Part shown: piece after piece, positions 20,435 to 30,573 of the stretch
How positions within the stretch are numbered: position 1 is the stretch's first letter
How the letters are laid out: each line of letters opens with the position of its first letter
Assembly (NCBI GenBank): GCA_964291625.2
Contig: OZ220089.1
Location: 2,688,001-2,752,000, forward strand
DNA length: 64,000 nucleotides
Direction of reading: 5' to 3'
From: Candidatus Latescibacterota bacterium
GTDB lineage: Bacteria > Latescibacterota > UBA2968 > UBA8231
The notes under the pieces: model-generated
Databases searched by the model: none
The model's input: only the letters and a program-made list of their open reading frames with translations
Told to the model about the DNA's origin: nothing
Position numbers and translations under genes: made by a program

Positions 20435-22696
20435 CTACCTGGCGAGGACCATCTTGCGTACGTGAGTGGCCGGCCCCGCCTTCAGGGCGCACAGGTACAC
20501 GCCGCTGGACACCCGTTCGCCGCGATCGTTGCGGCCATCCCAATGGGCGGCGCCGGCACTGGTCAGGTACCGGCCCGCCGCACGATGACGCAGGTCGATC
20601 TTCCGCACCAGGGCCCCGCGCACATCGTGGATCTTCAGCCGCACGTGGGCGGGTGCGTGGAGTTGATAGGGAATCCAGGTGTCCGGATTGAAGGGATTGG
20701 GGAAGTTGGCCAGCAGCGCCGTCCGTGCCGGTAGGGGCGTAGAGGATCGAATCGCCGTCGGCGCGGGGGGAGTGAAGTCTGGTGACGTATCCCACAGCAG
20801 AATCGTGCCGTCGGCGCTGGCACTGGCCAGGAGGTTCCCGTCCGGTGAGAACGTCACGGAATGGACAGATCCCGTATGGCCTTTGAGGATGGCTCTTGGC
20901 GACCCGCCACTCACCTCCCACAGCCTGACGGTCTGGTCCGAACTGCCACTGGCCAGGATGTCTCCCCGAGGCGAGAAGGCTACCGCATTGATCCAGGCGC
21001 CATCGACCTCCATGGTGCCCTCTTGCTGACCGCTGCTCAGTTCCCACAGCCTGATCGTCTGATCCCAGCCGCCGCTGGCGAGGGTTCTCTCGTCCGGCGA
21101 GAAAGCAACGGAAGTGACCCAGCCCGTGTGCCGCAGAGTGGACTTCAGCTGTCCGCTGTCGGCATCCCACACTCGCGCCGTCTTGTCTCCACTGGCACTG
21201 GCGAGGATCTGTCCGGAGGGTGAGAAGGCCACGGACAGGACCCGTTGACCATGCTCCCCCAGGCTGGCTCTGGCCTGTCCGCTGGACACGTGCCACAACC
21301 GCACCTTCCCGTCCTCGTCGCCGCTGGCCAGGGTTGCACCGTCCCGGGCGTATGCCACGCAGAGCACGCCATTCCGATGGCCCTCGAGGATCCTCGCCGC
21401 CAACGGTGTCCAGGTGCCGACGTTCGAGGCTCCCCAGGTGGCCTTCCGCACCTCGGCCATGTCCCACAGCACGACCCAGTCGTTCAAGTGGCCACTGGCG
21501 AGTGTCCGGCCATCGGGCGCGAAGGCGACGGCGCTGGCACGAGGCCCCCGTGGGGTTTTCATGGTGGCCTCTTCCTGTCCCGTGCCGAGGTCCCACAATC
21601 GCACCGTCCCGTCCCAACTGCTGCTGGCGACGGCGGCGGCATCGGGGGCGAAGGCCACGGAACTGACCCTGTCTCCATGTCCATGGTCCAGGAGAGCGCC
21701 TTCCTCCAGTCCGGAGCGGACGTCCCACAGCCGTACCTTGTTTTCTCCCCCGGCACTGGCGAGTGTGGTTCCATCGGGTGAGAAGGCCACGGAAGTGAAG
21801 TGCGAGGCCGCGCGCCTGGCCCTGGCTTTCCTCTCCCTGGTGCCGATCTCCCACAACACGAGTTCGTGGTTCCTGCCGACACTGGCGAGGGTTCTGCCAT
21901 CGGGGGAGAAGGCTACGGAGTTGACCCCGGATGAATGCCCGCGCATGTCGGCTCTCGGTTGTCCGCTGTCGACGTCCCACAGGCGGATCGTCTGGGTCCT
22001 GGCACTGGCAAGGGTTCGACCTTCGGGGGCGAAGGCAACGGAGTTGACGGACCCGGCTCCCCCATATCCCTCGAGGAGGGCTCCTGGTTGCCGGGTGCCG
22101 GGGTCCCATAGCTGCACCGTGCCGTTTCGGTAGCCACTGGCGAGTGTCCGGCCATCTGGCGCGAAGGCCAGGGAATTGACCGAGGACCGTTGTCCTTCGA
22201 GGGCAGCCGTCGATTCTCCGGTGGCCACCTGCCACAACCGCACCGTCTGATCCTTGCTGCCGGTAGCCAGGAGTTGTCCGTCCGGGGAGAACGTGACGCA
22301 GAGGACATCGTTCAGATGGCCTTCGAGGGTGGCCCTTGACTCTCCCGTGTCGACGTCCCACAACCTCACCCTATGGTCGGCACTCGCACCGGCGAGGGTT
22401 TTCCCATCAGGAGCAAAGGCCACGGAGTTCACCGGGGCCGCATGCCCTGTGAGCAGGGCGACTTCAGCATTGGTGTGGACATCGTAGAGCCAGACGCCGA
22501 CGTTCCCGGCCACCGCCAGCCGGGTGCCATCGGGAGAGTAGGCCACGGCCCGATCGCCTCCACTGGTGAGTCCCTTGCCCAGACGGAGGACGGCCCCCTC
22601 GGGCAATCCCCAGCGGGCATGGTCCTGAGCCTGGCTGCCCGGCGGGAAGGACAGGGGGTTCAGCAGAAGGGCCAGGGGGAACAGGATCCTCTTCAT
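20435..22696 (-). CDS. Secreted WD40-repeat protein with C-terminal FlgD-Ig/sorting-like domain
   Basis: Signal peptide; more than 12 GH...V.SVAFSPDG..LAS.S.D.TVRLWD repeats; C-terminal NFPNPFNP..WDGRN..G..VSSGVY. Confidence 0.92.
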   Translation of the reverse strand: MKRILFPLALLLNPLSFPPGSQAQDHARWGLPEGAVLRLGKGLTSGGDRAVAYSPDGTRLAVAGNVGVWLYDVHTNAEVALLTGHAAPVNSVAFAPDGKTLAGASADHRVRLWDVDTGESRATLEGHLNDVLCVTFSPDGQLLATGSKDQTVRLWQVATGESTAALEGQRSSVNSLAFAPDGRTLASGYRNGTVQLWDPGTRQPGALLEGYGGAGSVNSVAFAPEGRTLASARTQTIRLWDVDSGQPRADMRGHSSGVNSVAFSPDGRTLASVGRNHELVLWEIGTRERKARARRAASHFTSVAFSPDGTTLASAGGENKVRLWDVRSGLEEGALLDHGHGDRVSSVAFAPDAAAVASSSWDGTVRLWDLGTGQEEATMKTPRGPRASAVAFAPDGRTLASGHLNDWVVLWDMAEVRKATWGASNVGTWTPLAARILEGHRNGVLCVAYARDGATLASGDEDGKVRLWHVSSGQARASLGEHGQRVLSVAFSPSGQILASASGDKTARVWDADSGQLKSTLRHTGWVTSVAFSPDERTLASGGWDQTIRLWELSSGQQEGTMEVDGAWINAVAFSPRGDILASGSSDQTVRLWEVSGGSPRAILKGHTGSVHSVTFSPDGNLLASASADGTILLWDTSPDFTPPAPTAIRSSTPLPARTALLANFPNPFNPDTWIPYQLHAPAHVRLKIHDVRGALVRKIDLRHRAAGRYLTSAGAAHWDGRNDRGERVSSGVYLCALKAGPATHVRKMVLAR

Positions 22697-22823
22697 CAGG
22701 TTCAGGCATTCCTCGGGACGGGCAGGAGGGAGGCTCGGGCCGCGGTTCGGGAACATACGAACCGGCCACCCTCGACCCCCTATCGGGGCCGTCAACGCGG
22801 CTCGGCGACGGAGGTGCCTCGCG

Positions 22824-23396
22824 ATGATGGACAACTTCGCCGGTCACGGTCTTTACCTGGAGACGGCGCGCCTGAGACTGCGGCCATTCGAGAGTGGGGA
22901 CTTCGAGCTGGCCGTCCCGTTCTATCGAGATCCCGACTTCCTGAATGCCATGGAGGAGGCGCCGCCGGACGAACCTGTCACAGCCGGCTATCTCCGACGC
23001 GCGGGCAAGGCCATGGCGGAACAGGGATTCCTCTTTGCCATCGTCGAGAAGGCGAGGGGCCGCACCATCGGCGAAGTCTGTCTTCAGTGGATGAATCTGG
23101 ATCGCGGGAGAGTACCGGGTGAGAAGGTGATGCGCCTGCCCATCGGAATCTGGGACAAGTCCCTGTGGGGAAGGGGCTACGGAAAGGAGGTGGCGCGGCG
23201 CCTGATGGCGTACGCCTTCGAAGAGCTGGGAATCGACCGACTCTGCCCGATGGATGTCGCCGCCGACAATGCGCGTTCCGTGGCCCTGTGGCGGTCCCTC
23301 GGTCTGACCGTCGCCAGGGAAGTGGACGGCGGAAGAGTGCTGGACTTCGAGGTTACACGGACCGAGTATGAGCGGATGCAGCGTGGAGAGCGGTAG
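22824..23396 (+). CDS. GNAT N-acetyltransferase (RimJ/RimL-like)
   Basis: LETARLRLRP, WGRGYG, N.RS..L..SLG. Confidence 0.85.
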   Translation: MMDNFAGHGLYLETARLRLRPFESGDFELAVPFYRDPDFLNAMEEAPPDEPVTAGYLRRAGKAMAEQGFLFAIVEKARGRTIGEVCLQWMNLDRGRVPGEKVMRLPIGIWDKSLWGRGYGKEVARRLMAYAFEELGIDRLCPMDVAADNARSVALWRSLGLTVAREVDGGRVLDFEVTRTEYERMQRGER

Positions 23397-23434
23397 CAGT
23401 CTGCCTTCGTTCGGCTCCCGCGGCGACAGCCGGC

Positions 23435-23747
23435 ACAGCAGGCCTTTGGGCACCCCATTCGAGTGGCGCCGGAGTCACCACCGACCCAGAATCCTTCCAG
23501 GCGCCACACGGTCACGAGAGAGAGTGTGTGTGCGGAGCGGTCCCCTGGGCGGTGACGGCGGCGCAGGCCGAGCCGAGCGGCGCATTGCGCCGGGCCGGGG
23601 TCAACAACCACTCTCATCCAGAACGCCCAGAGACCCGAGCGCAGCGAGGGGCTCGCCAACCCTCAGCACACCCTCCGGCGATAGCTCCACCAAACGCCGC
23701 CCGGCGTACGCGCCGCCGAGGCGCGGCCGGAGCCGCCGTCACCGCCC
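23435..23747 (+). repeat. Structured intergenic repeat element, copy 3 (full)
   Basis: Perfect 16-bp outer arms gggcggtgacggcggc/gccgccgtcaccgccc; conserved core. Confidence 0.92.
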
Positions 23748-23766
23748 GCCACCAGGAGATCCGCGA

Positions 23767-24816
23767 ATGAGAATCACCCACCTGGAACGCACCGTCGTCC
23801 GCGTCCCCTTCCTGCCCGGCATCCTGCCCCCACCCGAGTACGAGGAGTTCACCGAGTCCTATCCCGCCCCCCTCGGCGAGCGAAGGCAGGACGTCCTCCG
23901 CATCCACACCGACGAGGGGATCATCGGCCTCGGCATGAGCGGCCCCTACTTCGGCGACCGCGAGCATCCGCTCCCGGACCTCGTCGGCAAGAGTCCCCTC
24001 GACTTCGAGCCCCGCACTCTTGGCGGCGGCGGCTACGACATCGCCCTGCTGGACCTGATGGGCAAGGAGATCGGCTGGCCCCTGTACCGCATCTTCGGCG
24101 GCAAGGCGCAGGACCGCGTTCTCGTCGACTACTGGATCGCGCGCATGGGAGCGGAAGCCTCGGCCGCCGCCGCCCGGCGGGCCTCCGGGCTGGGCTTCCG
24201 CGGCATCAAGGTGAAGTGCTCCCTGGACGACGGGAACGTGGCCGACCGGGTCCACGCCATCCACGAGGCGGCGCCGTCGCTGCGCATCGTCCTCGACCCC
24301 GGTCACCGCTTCCATACCGTCGAGCAGGCCCTGGCCCTGGCCCGCGAGATCGAGGCGTACGACGTCGTCTTCGAGGACCCGATCCCCAAGGACGACATCG
24401 AGGACTACCGCCGGCTCAAGGAAGGGACATCGATCCTCATCGCCCCCCACCTGCAGAACCCGCGGCAGGTGATCGAGATGGTGGCCCGCGGCGCCGTGGA
24501 CGGGATCAACGTCGCTCCTTCGGACTGGGGCTTCCTGGACATGGCGCGGATCGCCGAGGCCGCCGGCATCCCCGTGTGGCAGGCCTCCAACGTCGACCTG
24601 GGGATCTTCGACGCCTTCCGCCTCCACGCCTCTGCCGCCGCTCCCAACTGCACCCTGGCCAGCGACCTGTGCGGCAACTTCGTCCACGAGCACAGCCTGC
24701 TCGCCGAACCCCTGGTCCGGGACGGCTGGGCGGTGGTGCCGGACAGGCCGGGACTGGGGGTCGAGCTGGACGAGGATGCGGTGCGGCGGTATGCGGTGGG
24801 GCTACCTCAGGGGTAG
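23767..24816 (+). CDS. Mandelate racemase/MLE family protein
   Basis: DIALLDL.GK, KVK, FEDP, PGLGVELD; aggag RBS upstream. Confidence 0.88.
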   Translation: MRITHLERTVVRVPFLPGILPPPEYEEFTESYPAPLGERRQDVLRIHTDEGIIGLGMSGPYFGDREHPLPDLVGKSPLDFEPRTLGGGGYDIALLDLMGKEIGWPLYRIFGGKAQDRVLVDYWIARMGAEASAAAARRASGLGFRGIKVKCSLDDGNVADRVHAIHEAAPSLRIVLDPGHRFHTVEQALALAREIEAYDVVFEDPIPKDDIEDYRRLKEGTSILIAPHLQNPRQVIEMVARGAVDGINVAPSDWGFLDMARIAEAAGIPVWQASNVDLGIFDAFRLHASAAAPNCTLASDLCGNFVHEHSLLAEPLVRDGWAVVPDRPGLGVELDEDAVRRYAVGLPQG

Positions 24817-24840
24817 CTTATGTTCACTGAGAGGGATGAC

Positions 24841-24981
24841 ATGAACGCGAAGAACGGCATGCGGCCGGTGCATCCGGGCGAAGTCCTGCGCGAGGAACTC
24901 GACGAGCTCGGGCTCTCAGCCAATGCGTTGTCGAAGGCCCTTGGCGTCCCGGTGCCGGGACCTGGTGTCGTGGGGCGATGA
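24841..24981 (+). pseudogene. higA: Truncated HigA-family antitoxin
   Basis: Own translation: MNAKNGMRPVHPGEVLREELDELGLSANALSKALGVP, then diverges and stops at the next gene's start. Confidence 0.8.
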
Positions 24982-25751
24982 TGAAACCGATGTCCGAATA
25001 CGAGAAGTTCCTCTTTGACCTCAAGGGATTCCTCGTCATTCCCGGAGTGCTCACCGACGAGGAGACCCGCACGGTGCGCGAGCACACCGAGACCCTGCTG
25101 CGGGATCCGGAGAGCCTGCCCGAGCATCACCGCGCGCCGATCGCGGGGCCGGCGGAGTTCCTCATCGATCACCCAAGGGTCATGGGGCTCCTGCAGACGG
25201 TGCTCGCCCCGAAGCGCGAGCACATCCGCCTGGAGAGCGTCTTCGTCTCCAGCCGCTCCGCCGGCGGCAAGGACCCGTGGCGGCCCCACGCGGGCGGAGC
25301 GAACCTCCATCCATCCCTCTCCTACCGCTATCGGGACGGCCGCATCTACAGCGGCATGACCCGCATCGTCTGGGAGCTGAACGAGGTCGGGAAGGGGCGG
25401 GGCGGGACCTGCCTGGTGCCCGGCTCGCACAAGGCGAACCTGGCTTCACACAAGGACGGAGCGTGGCCGCAGGAAGCGGACGATCCGGACTCCGGGCTCT
25501 GGGAGACCTACGGCTGCCCGCCGGGCAGTCTCGTCATGTTCTCTGAAGGCGTGCGGCACTCCGCCGCCGCCTGGACCGACCCGGATCACCCCCGCCGGGC
25601 CATCCTCATCGCCTACAACCACGTGACCGTCCGCTACCACGAGCCCAAGCCCTGCATGAATCCACGGGTGATCGGCGGCATGTCCGCGGAGCGCCAGCAG
25701 TTCTTCCGGGATGTCTGGGTTCTGGCCAACGCCCGGAGCAAGAAGCAGTAG
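24978..25751 (+). CDS. PhyH-family dioxygenase-like protein (HxG variant)
   Basis: FLFDLKGFLV, PHAGG, VPGSHKAN, SEGVRH, RR. Confidence 0.85.
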   Translation: MMKPMSEYEKFLFDLKGFLVIPGVLTDEETRTVREHTETLLRDPESLPEHHRAPIAGPAEFLIDHPRVMGLLQTVLAPKREHIRLESVFVSSRSAGGKDPWRPHAGGANLHPSLSYRYRDGRIYSGMTRIVWELNEVGKGRGGTCLVPGSHKANLASHKDGAWPQEADDPDSGLWETYGCPPGSLVMFSEGVRHSAAAWTDPDHPRRAILIAYNHVTVRYHEPKPCMNPRVIGGMSAERQQFFRDVWVLANARSKKQ

Positions 25752-25754
25752 AGC

Positions 25755-27581
25755 CTACAGCGCTTCCCTCTCGTACCACCCCGCCTGCAGGCCCCACATG
25801 CGGGCGTACTCCCCGTCCCCGGCGACCAGCTCGTCGTGGGTGCCGTTCTCGACCAGCCGGCCCTCCTTCAACACCAGGATCCGGTCGCACAGCCGCGCCG
25901 AGCCCAGGCGGTGGGATACCACGATCGTGGTCCGTCCCCCGGCCATGGACAGGAATCGCCGGAAGACGTCGGCCTCGGCCTGCGGGTCCAGGGAGGCGGT
26001 CGGCTCGTCGAGGACGACGAAGTCGGCCCGGCGCATGAAGCCGCGGGAGATGGCGACGCGCTGCCACTCGCCGCCGGACAGCTCCGTGCCGCCTTCGAAC
26101 TCCCGGGTGAGCAGGGTGTCGTACTCCTCCGGGAGCCCGCTGGCGACGGTGTCGGCCCCGCCCTGGCGCGCGGCGTGCTCGATCTCGCCGTGCTCCCCCA
26201 TCCTCTCGGTCCGCCCGAAACCGATGTTCTCGCCGAGGCTGAAGGCGAAGCGGGTGTAGTCCTGGAAGACCGCCGCCGACTGGTCCCGCAGCCGGTCCCG
26301 GTCCACCTCTTCCGCCTCGAGGTCACCGTAGCGCAGCTCGCCCGCGGTCGGCCGGAACAGGCCCAGCAGGATCTTGACGAGGGTGGTCTTGCCGGAGCCG
26401 TTGGCGCCGACCAGGGCGACCCGCTCCCCGGGCCGGATGGTGAAGGCGACGTCCTCGAGGGCGAAGCGTTCCGCCTGCGGATACCGGAAGGTGAGGCCCC
26501 GGGCGTCGATCGAGTTCCCGGCGAGGGCGCCGATGCTCTTCCCTCCCCGCGGCTCCTCCGGACCCAGGTCCAGGTAGATGAAGAGGTCGGCGATGTTGAG
26601 CAGGTAGTGGGAGAGGAAGCCCATGCGGCCCACGATCTCGTCGACGCCGTGCCGCACCTGGCGCAGGGCGACGATCATGGCGGCGAACTGCCCGGCCGAC
26701 AGACCGCCGTCGAGCACCGTCCACGCCGCCCAGCCGACCCCGGCGGCCAGCCCCAGGAGGCTGAAGGCCGACAGGGTGCCGGCGACGGCGTAGTGCCTCC
26801 GGCTCTGGCGGTAGATCCGGTCCGCCACCCTCCAGTAGAGGTATTCCCACCATCGGATCAGGACCGAGCCCAGGCCGAAGACGCGCACCTCCTTGGCGGC
26901 GTCCCTGCCCGTGAGGGTGCTCTCCAGGTAGCCGCGCAGGCGTTGTGACTGGGTCTGCTCGCGTTGCAGGTAGAACCTGGAACGGCTCTGGATCATGCCG
27001 GCGATGGGCGACGGCAGCGACACGAGGACGATGGCGAGGAGCAGGAGCGGGTCCCAGAGCCCGACGACGACGGCCACCGAGACCGCCGTCACCGTTCCCG
27101 TGAGGATGGTGTAGCTCTCGAAGAGGAGGTTGAGGAAGAAGCCGGGGGTGGCGGCCTCCTGGGCGCGGCGCAGGAGGTCGTGGAAGTCGGCCCGCTCGAA
27201 GACCTCCAGGCGGAGGGACCGGGACTTGGCCTGCAGCTGCTCCAGGAGCCGGTCCTCCATCGCCTGCTTCAGGCGCTCGAGCAGGATCGTCCGCGACCAC
27301 GTCCAGATCCCGTGCTCGGCCAGCGTCACCGCGCCCCACAGGGCCAGCCACGGGAGCATGGCATCGACGGCCAGCCGGCCCTCGTACACGTCGAGGCCGC
27401 GGTCGAAGATCTCCCGGACGATCCAGACCGTGGCGGCCGGCAGCAGGCCGGCGGTGAACTGCAGCGCCAGCGAGGCGACCGCCCGCCGGGGATCGGTGCG
27501 GATCATCCACGCGAGGAAGCGGAGCAGGGTCCGCGGCGCCGGCGGGCGCTGCAGGATCGGGTCGGGCCCTACCGGTACCAC
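25755..27581 (-). CDS. ABC transporter ATP-binding/permease
   Basis: TM N-half; GANGSGKT, LSGGEWQR, VVLDEP, SHR; start approximate. Confidence 0.9.
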   Translation of the reverse strand: MVPVGPDPILQRPPAPRTLLRFLAWMIRTDPRRAVASLALQFTAGLLPAATVWIVREIFDRGLDVYEGRLAVDAMLPWLALWGAVTLAEHGIWTWSRTILLERLKQAMEDRLLEQLQAKSRSLRLEVFERADFHDLLRRAQEAATPGFFLNLLFESYTILTGTVTAVSVAVVVGLWDPLLLLAIVLVSLPSPIAGMIQSRSRFYLQREQTQSQRLRGYLESTLTGRDAAKEVRVFGLGSVLIRWWEYLYWRVADRIYRQSRRHYAVAGTLSAFSLLGLAAGVGWAAWTVLDGGLSAGQFAAMIVALRQVRHGVDEIVGRMGFLSHYLLNIADLFIYLDLGPEEPRGGKSIGALAGNSIDARGLTFRYPQAERFALEDVAFTIRPGERVALVGANGSGKTTLVKILLGLFRPTAGELRYGDLEAEEVDRDRLRDQSAAVFQDYTRFAFSLGENIGFGRTERMGEHGEIEHAARQGGADTVASGLPEEYDTLLTREFEGGTELSGGEWQRVAISRGFMRRADFVVLDEPTASLDPQAEADVFRRFLSMAGGRTTIVVSHRLGSARLCDRILVLKEGRLVENGTHDELVAGDGEYARMWGLQAGWYEREAL

Positions 27582-29488
27582 GACGCCTGTTCCTCCCACA
27601 TGGCGGCGTACACCCCCCGCGCCGCCACCAACTCGTCGTGCCGGCCCTGCTCGACGATGCGGCCGTCCTGCAGCACCAGGATGCGGTCGGCCATGCGCGC
27701 CGAGCCGAGGCGGTGGCTGATGAGCAGGGCCGTGCGCCCCTCGAGGAGCTCGGCGAACTGCCGGTAGAGCTCGGCCTCGGCCACCGGGTCGAGGGCCGCG
27801 GCCGGCTCGTCGAGAATGAGCAGCTCCGGGTCTCGGGTGAAGGCGCGGGCGATGGCGAGGCGCTGCCACTCGCCGCCGGAGAGGCCCTGGCCGCCGTCGA
27901 GGATGTGACCGACAGGCGTGTCGTACCCGCCGGGGAGCCGCTGGGCGAGCTCTTCGGCCCCGGAGCGGCGCGCGGCGTCGGCCACCACCGCCGGGTCCGG
28001 GTGCAGCCAGGAGGGCCACAGGTCGGCGGCCTCGCCCGGTTCCGCGGCCAGCGCCGCGATCCCGATCGACTGCCCGAGGGTCAGCTCGAACCGGTAGTAG
28101 TCCTGGAAGGCGGCGCTCACGGCGCCGGCCAGGCTGTCGGGGTCGATCCCGGCGTAGTCGAGGCCGTCGGCGAGAACGCGTCCGGCCGTGGGCGGGTAGA
28201 GGCCGAGGAGGATCCTGGCCAGGGTCGACTTGCCGGATCCGTTCTCGCCCACGAGGGCGACGCGCTCCCCCGGGGCCAGGTGGAAGCCGACGCCCCGCAG
28301 CACGGGAGGAGCCTTGGCGGAGTCCGCCCCGTCGGACCCTGCCGCCGGGTAGGTGAAGTGGACGTCGTCGACCCGGATCCCCTGGCGCAGCGGCCTGGGG
28401 AAGGGCGAGGGCCCGGTCGGCGCGACCCCCGCCATCGCGGTTCCGGCGCCGTCCTGCTCCGGCAGATCGAGGAACTCCCGGACGTAACCGACCTCGCCCG
28501 ACTGGACCTGCAGGTCCCAGGAGGAGAACCCGAGAGTGCTGCCGGCCTCGAGCATGTCGTCGACCCCCTGGAAGAGGGCGACGAAGCGTCCCGGCGTCAG
28601 GAGCCGGTCGCCGAGCAGGTACGCCAGGGCGCCGGCGACGCCCACCCCTACGGCGACGCGCAGCCCCGTGAGCGGGAGCCCGCCCACGACCAGACGCTGG
28701 CGCTGGTCCAGGACTCGTCGGCGCAGCACCCCGCGCATCCCCCGCCAGCGCTCGGCGAGCGGCGCGTGCAGGCCGAAGAGACGCATCTCCTTCTGCTCCG
28801 CCCGCCCCGTGAGGATGCGGTCCACGTACCCGGCCCGGCGCTCCTCCGGGGTGGCGCCGTAGGTGAAGGCCATGAACTTGCGGCTCTGCCCGACCTCGAG
28901 GCGGACCTGGGGCACCAGCACCGCCAGCAGGGCCAGGGAGATCCACGGCGAGACCGGGGCGAACATGGCGGCCACCGAGACCGCCGTGATCACCGCCTGG
29001 GAGAAATGCAGGACGGAGAACAACAGCCGGTCGATCTTGCGCCCCGGGTTCCCGGCCCGCTCGAGGAGGTCGTAGGTCTGGCTGGCCTCGAAGAACAGCA
29101 GGGGCAGCCGCGACGACTTGGCCAGGACGAGGCGGCCCATGACGGAGGAGAGCTTCTGCTCCAGCCGCAGATTGAGGGTGTCCCGCACGTTCCACAGGAC
29201 CTCGTTGGTGAGCAGCAGGATCAGACCGAAGGCGATCAGCCATGGGAGGGCGTCGCCGAAGTCCCCGGGGCCCGCCCCGGCGGCGGCGACCACCGTGTCG
29301 ACGAGGTTCCGGGTGACGTGGATGAGCAGGGCCGGCTGCAGGCCCAGCAGGAGGTGGACGCCGACCAGACCGAGGGCCGCCCCCTTCCCATGGGCCCAGA
29401 TGTGGCTCCAGGCCCAGCGCAGGTTGGCGGCGATCGAGCCGGCGGTCGAGCGGCGGCTCCAGAACTCGAGATCAGATCGACTCTTCAT
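27569..29488 (-). CDS. ABC transporter ATP-binding/permease
   Basis: TM N-half; GENGSGKS, LSGGEWQR, LILDEP. Confidence 0.92.
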   Translation of the reverse strand: MKSRSDLEFWSRRSTAGSIAANLRWAWSHIWAHGKGAALGLVGVHLLLGLQPALLIHVTRNLVDTVVAAAGAGPGDFGDALPWLIAFGLILLLTNEVLWNVRDTLNLRLEQKLSSVMGRLVLAKSSRLPLLFFEASQTYDLLERAGNPGRKIDRLLFSVLHFSQAVITAVSVAAMFAPVSPWISLALLAVLVPQVRLEVGQSRKFMAFTYGATPEERRAGYVDRILTGRAEQKEMRLFGLHAPLAERWRGMRGVLRRRVLDQRQRLVVGGLPLTGLRVAVGVGVAGALAYLLGDRLLTPGRFVALFQGVDDMLEAGSTLGFSSWDLQVQSGEVGYVREFLDLPEQDGAGTAMAGVAPTGPSPFPRPLRQGIRVDDVHFTYPAAGSDGADSAKAPPVLRGVGFHLAPGERVALVGENGSGKSTLARILLGLYPPTAGRVLADGLDYAGIDPDSLAGAVSAAFQDYYRFELTLGQSIGIAALAAEPGEAADLWPSWLHPDPAVVADAARRSGAEELAQRLPGGYDTPVGHILDGGQGLSGGEWQRLAIARAFTRDPELLILDEPAAALDPVAEAELYRQFAELLEGRTALLISHRLGSARMADRILVLQDGRIVEQGRHDELVAARGVYAAMWEEQASWYR

Positions 29489-29500
29489 GGGCAGCAGTCG

Positions 29501-29757
29501 TCAGAGCACGCGCCACCAGGGCGCGGCCAGCACGCGGTCGGTGAGCCAGTGGGCGGTGGCCGCGGCCTTCACTTCCATCGGCAGCAGACGCCGGCCCGTC
29601 TCGATGACGAGATCGACCTCGGCGCCCTTGGTGGTCCGCCAGAAGAGAATCTCCGCTCGGTCGATGCCGGCACCCGCCCAGGCCAGCAGGTCGCAGACTC
29701 TCAGCGCCCGCTCCAGGCTCTCCGCAGCCAGTCGGGACAGCAGTCGATCGGTGGCCA
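29501..29757 (-). pseudogene. Internally deleted AAA+/DUF4143 ATP-binding protein remnant
   Basis: FWRT..GAEVDLVIE....LPMEVK is the DUF4143 C-terminal motif; no ATPase domain present. Confidence 0.65.
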
Positions 29758-29771
29758 TTCGCCCATGGTAT

Positions 29772-29808
29772 GGGTGATTATCACCCACGTCGAGGGTGAT
29801 TATCACCC
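29772..29808. promoter_or_regulatory. Tandem palindromic operator-like site
   Basis: GGGTGAT-T-ATCACCC at 29772-29786 and 29794-29808 (22-bp period). Confidence 0.55.
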
Positions 29809-29836
29809 CGCAGCCGGAGCGCCGCCAGCTCGAGAA

Positions 29837-30246
29837 TCAGTCGCGCGCGTCGAGCGCCATCACATGTGGATAGGTGAGGATGCGGCTGTCCGCGGTCACC
29901 ACGGTGAGGTCGTGGACTCTCGCCGCGGCGACCAGGATGCGGTCGGCGGGGTCCCGATGGACTCTCCGGGCAGGTCGTACGCCGCAATCGCTGTCTCGTG
30001 GTCGAGGGAGATCGTCTCCGCAAGCAACGCCTGCATCGACTCCGAGACCCACGTCTGCAGCCGGCCCGCCAGAGTCAGGCGCCCTGCCCGTGCGAGCTGC
30101 GCCAGTTCCAGTGACGACACCGGGGATACGAAGAGGCGGTTCTCCTCCGCAGCGAGTGCCCTGCGCGCATGGGGACCGAGTGTCTGCGGAGACTCCTGGG
30201 TCCAGATCCACACGTGGGTATCGATCAGGAGGTTCAACCTTCCCAC
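29837..30246 (-). pseudogene. vapC: VapC/PIN toxin, frameshifted
   Basis: LLIDTHVWIW...SLEL in one frame, HRDPADRILVAAA....VTAD in another; 1-nt shift near 29960. Confidence 0.85.
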
Positions 30247-30467
30247 TCCCAGTGGTCCGCGAAATCACAGTTCACGATGTCCCCGTGAATGGTCATGCGC
30301 CCGCGCAGGGTCCCCAGCTCCCGCTTGCGTGGAGTCTCCCGGTACGGATCGACCACCGCGATGGGACGCTTCCGCAAAGTGACGACAAGGGATTCCCCCG
30401 TAGCGTGAACCGTCTTCAGCTCTTCTATGCACTTCGCCTTGAACTCCGAGATGCCCATGGTTTTCAT
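30234..30467 (-). CDS. Phd/YefM-family antitoxin
   Basis: MKTMGISEFKAKC...V.ATGE..VVT..KRPIA; overlaps the vapC start. Confidence 0.85.
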   Translation of the reverse strand: MKTMGISEFKAKCIEELKTVHATGESLVVTLRKRPIAVVDPYRETPRKRELGTLRGRMTIHGDIVNCDFADHWEWEG

Positions 30468-30512
30468 GGTTGGCTCACCTTCCACCGGACAGGGTGTTTC
30501 CAGTCTGCCGGC

Positions 30513-30541
30513 AGACTAACTTGGTCAAGTAACCAGGTCAA
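30513..30541 (-). promoter_or_regulatory. Sigma70-like promoter of the phd-vapC operon with overlapping palindrome
   Basis: Minus strand TTGACC-N17-TAGTCT; ACTTG-GT-CAAGT palindrome at 30519-30530 in the spacer. Confidence 0.55.
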
Positions 30542-30573
30542 TTGCCAGTGGGCGGCTGGTGGGGGGCTACCCG

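Noticed and set aside
25755-29243. 1162-aa ORF as a single giant ABC protein
   Set aside because: Its N-half is an off-frame read of the upstream ABC gene; the real gene starts near 27581
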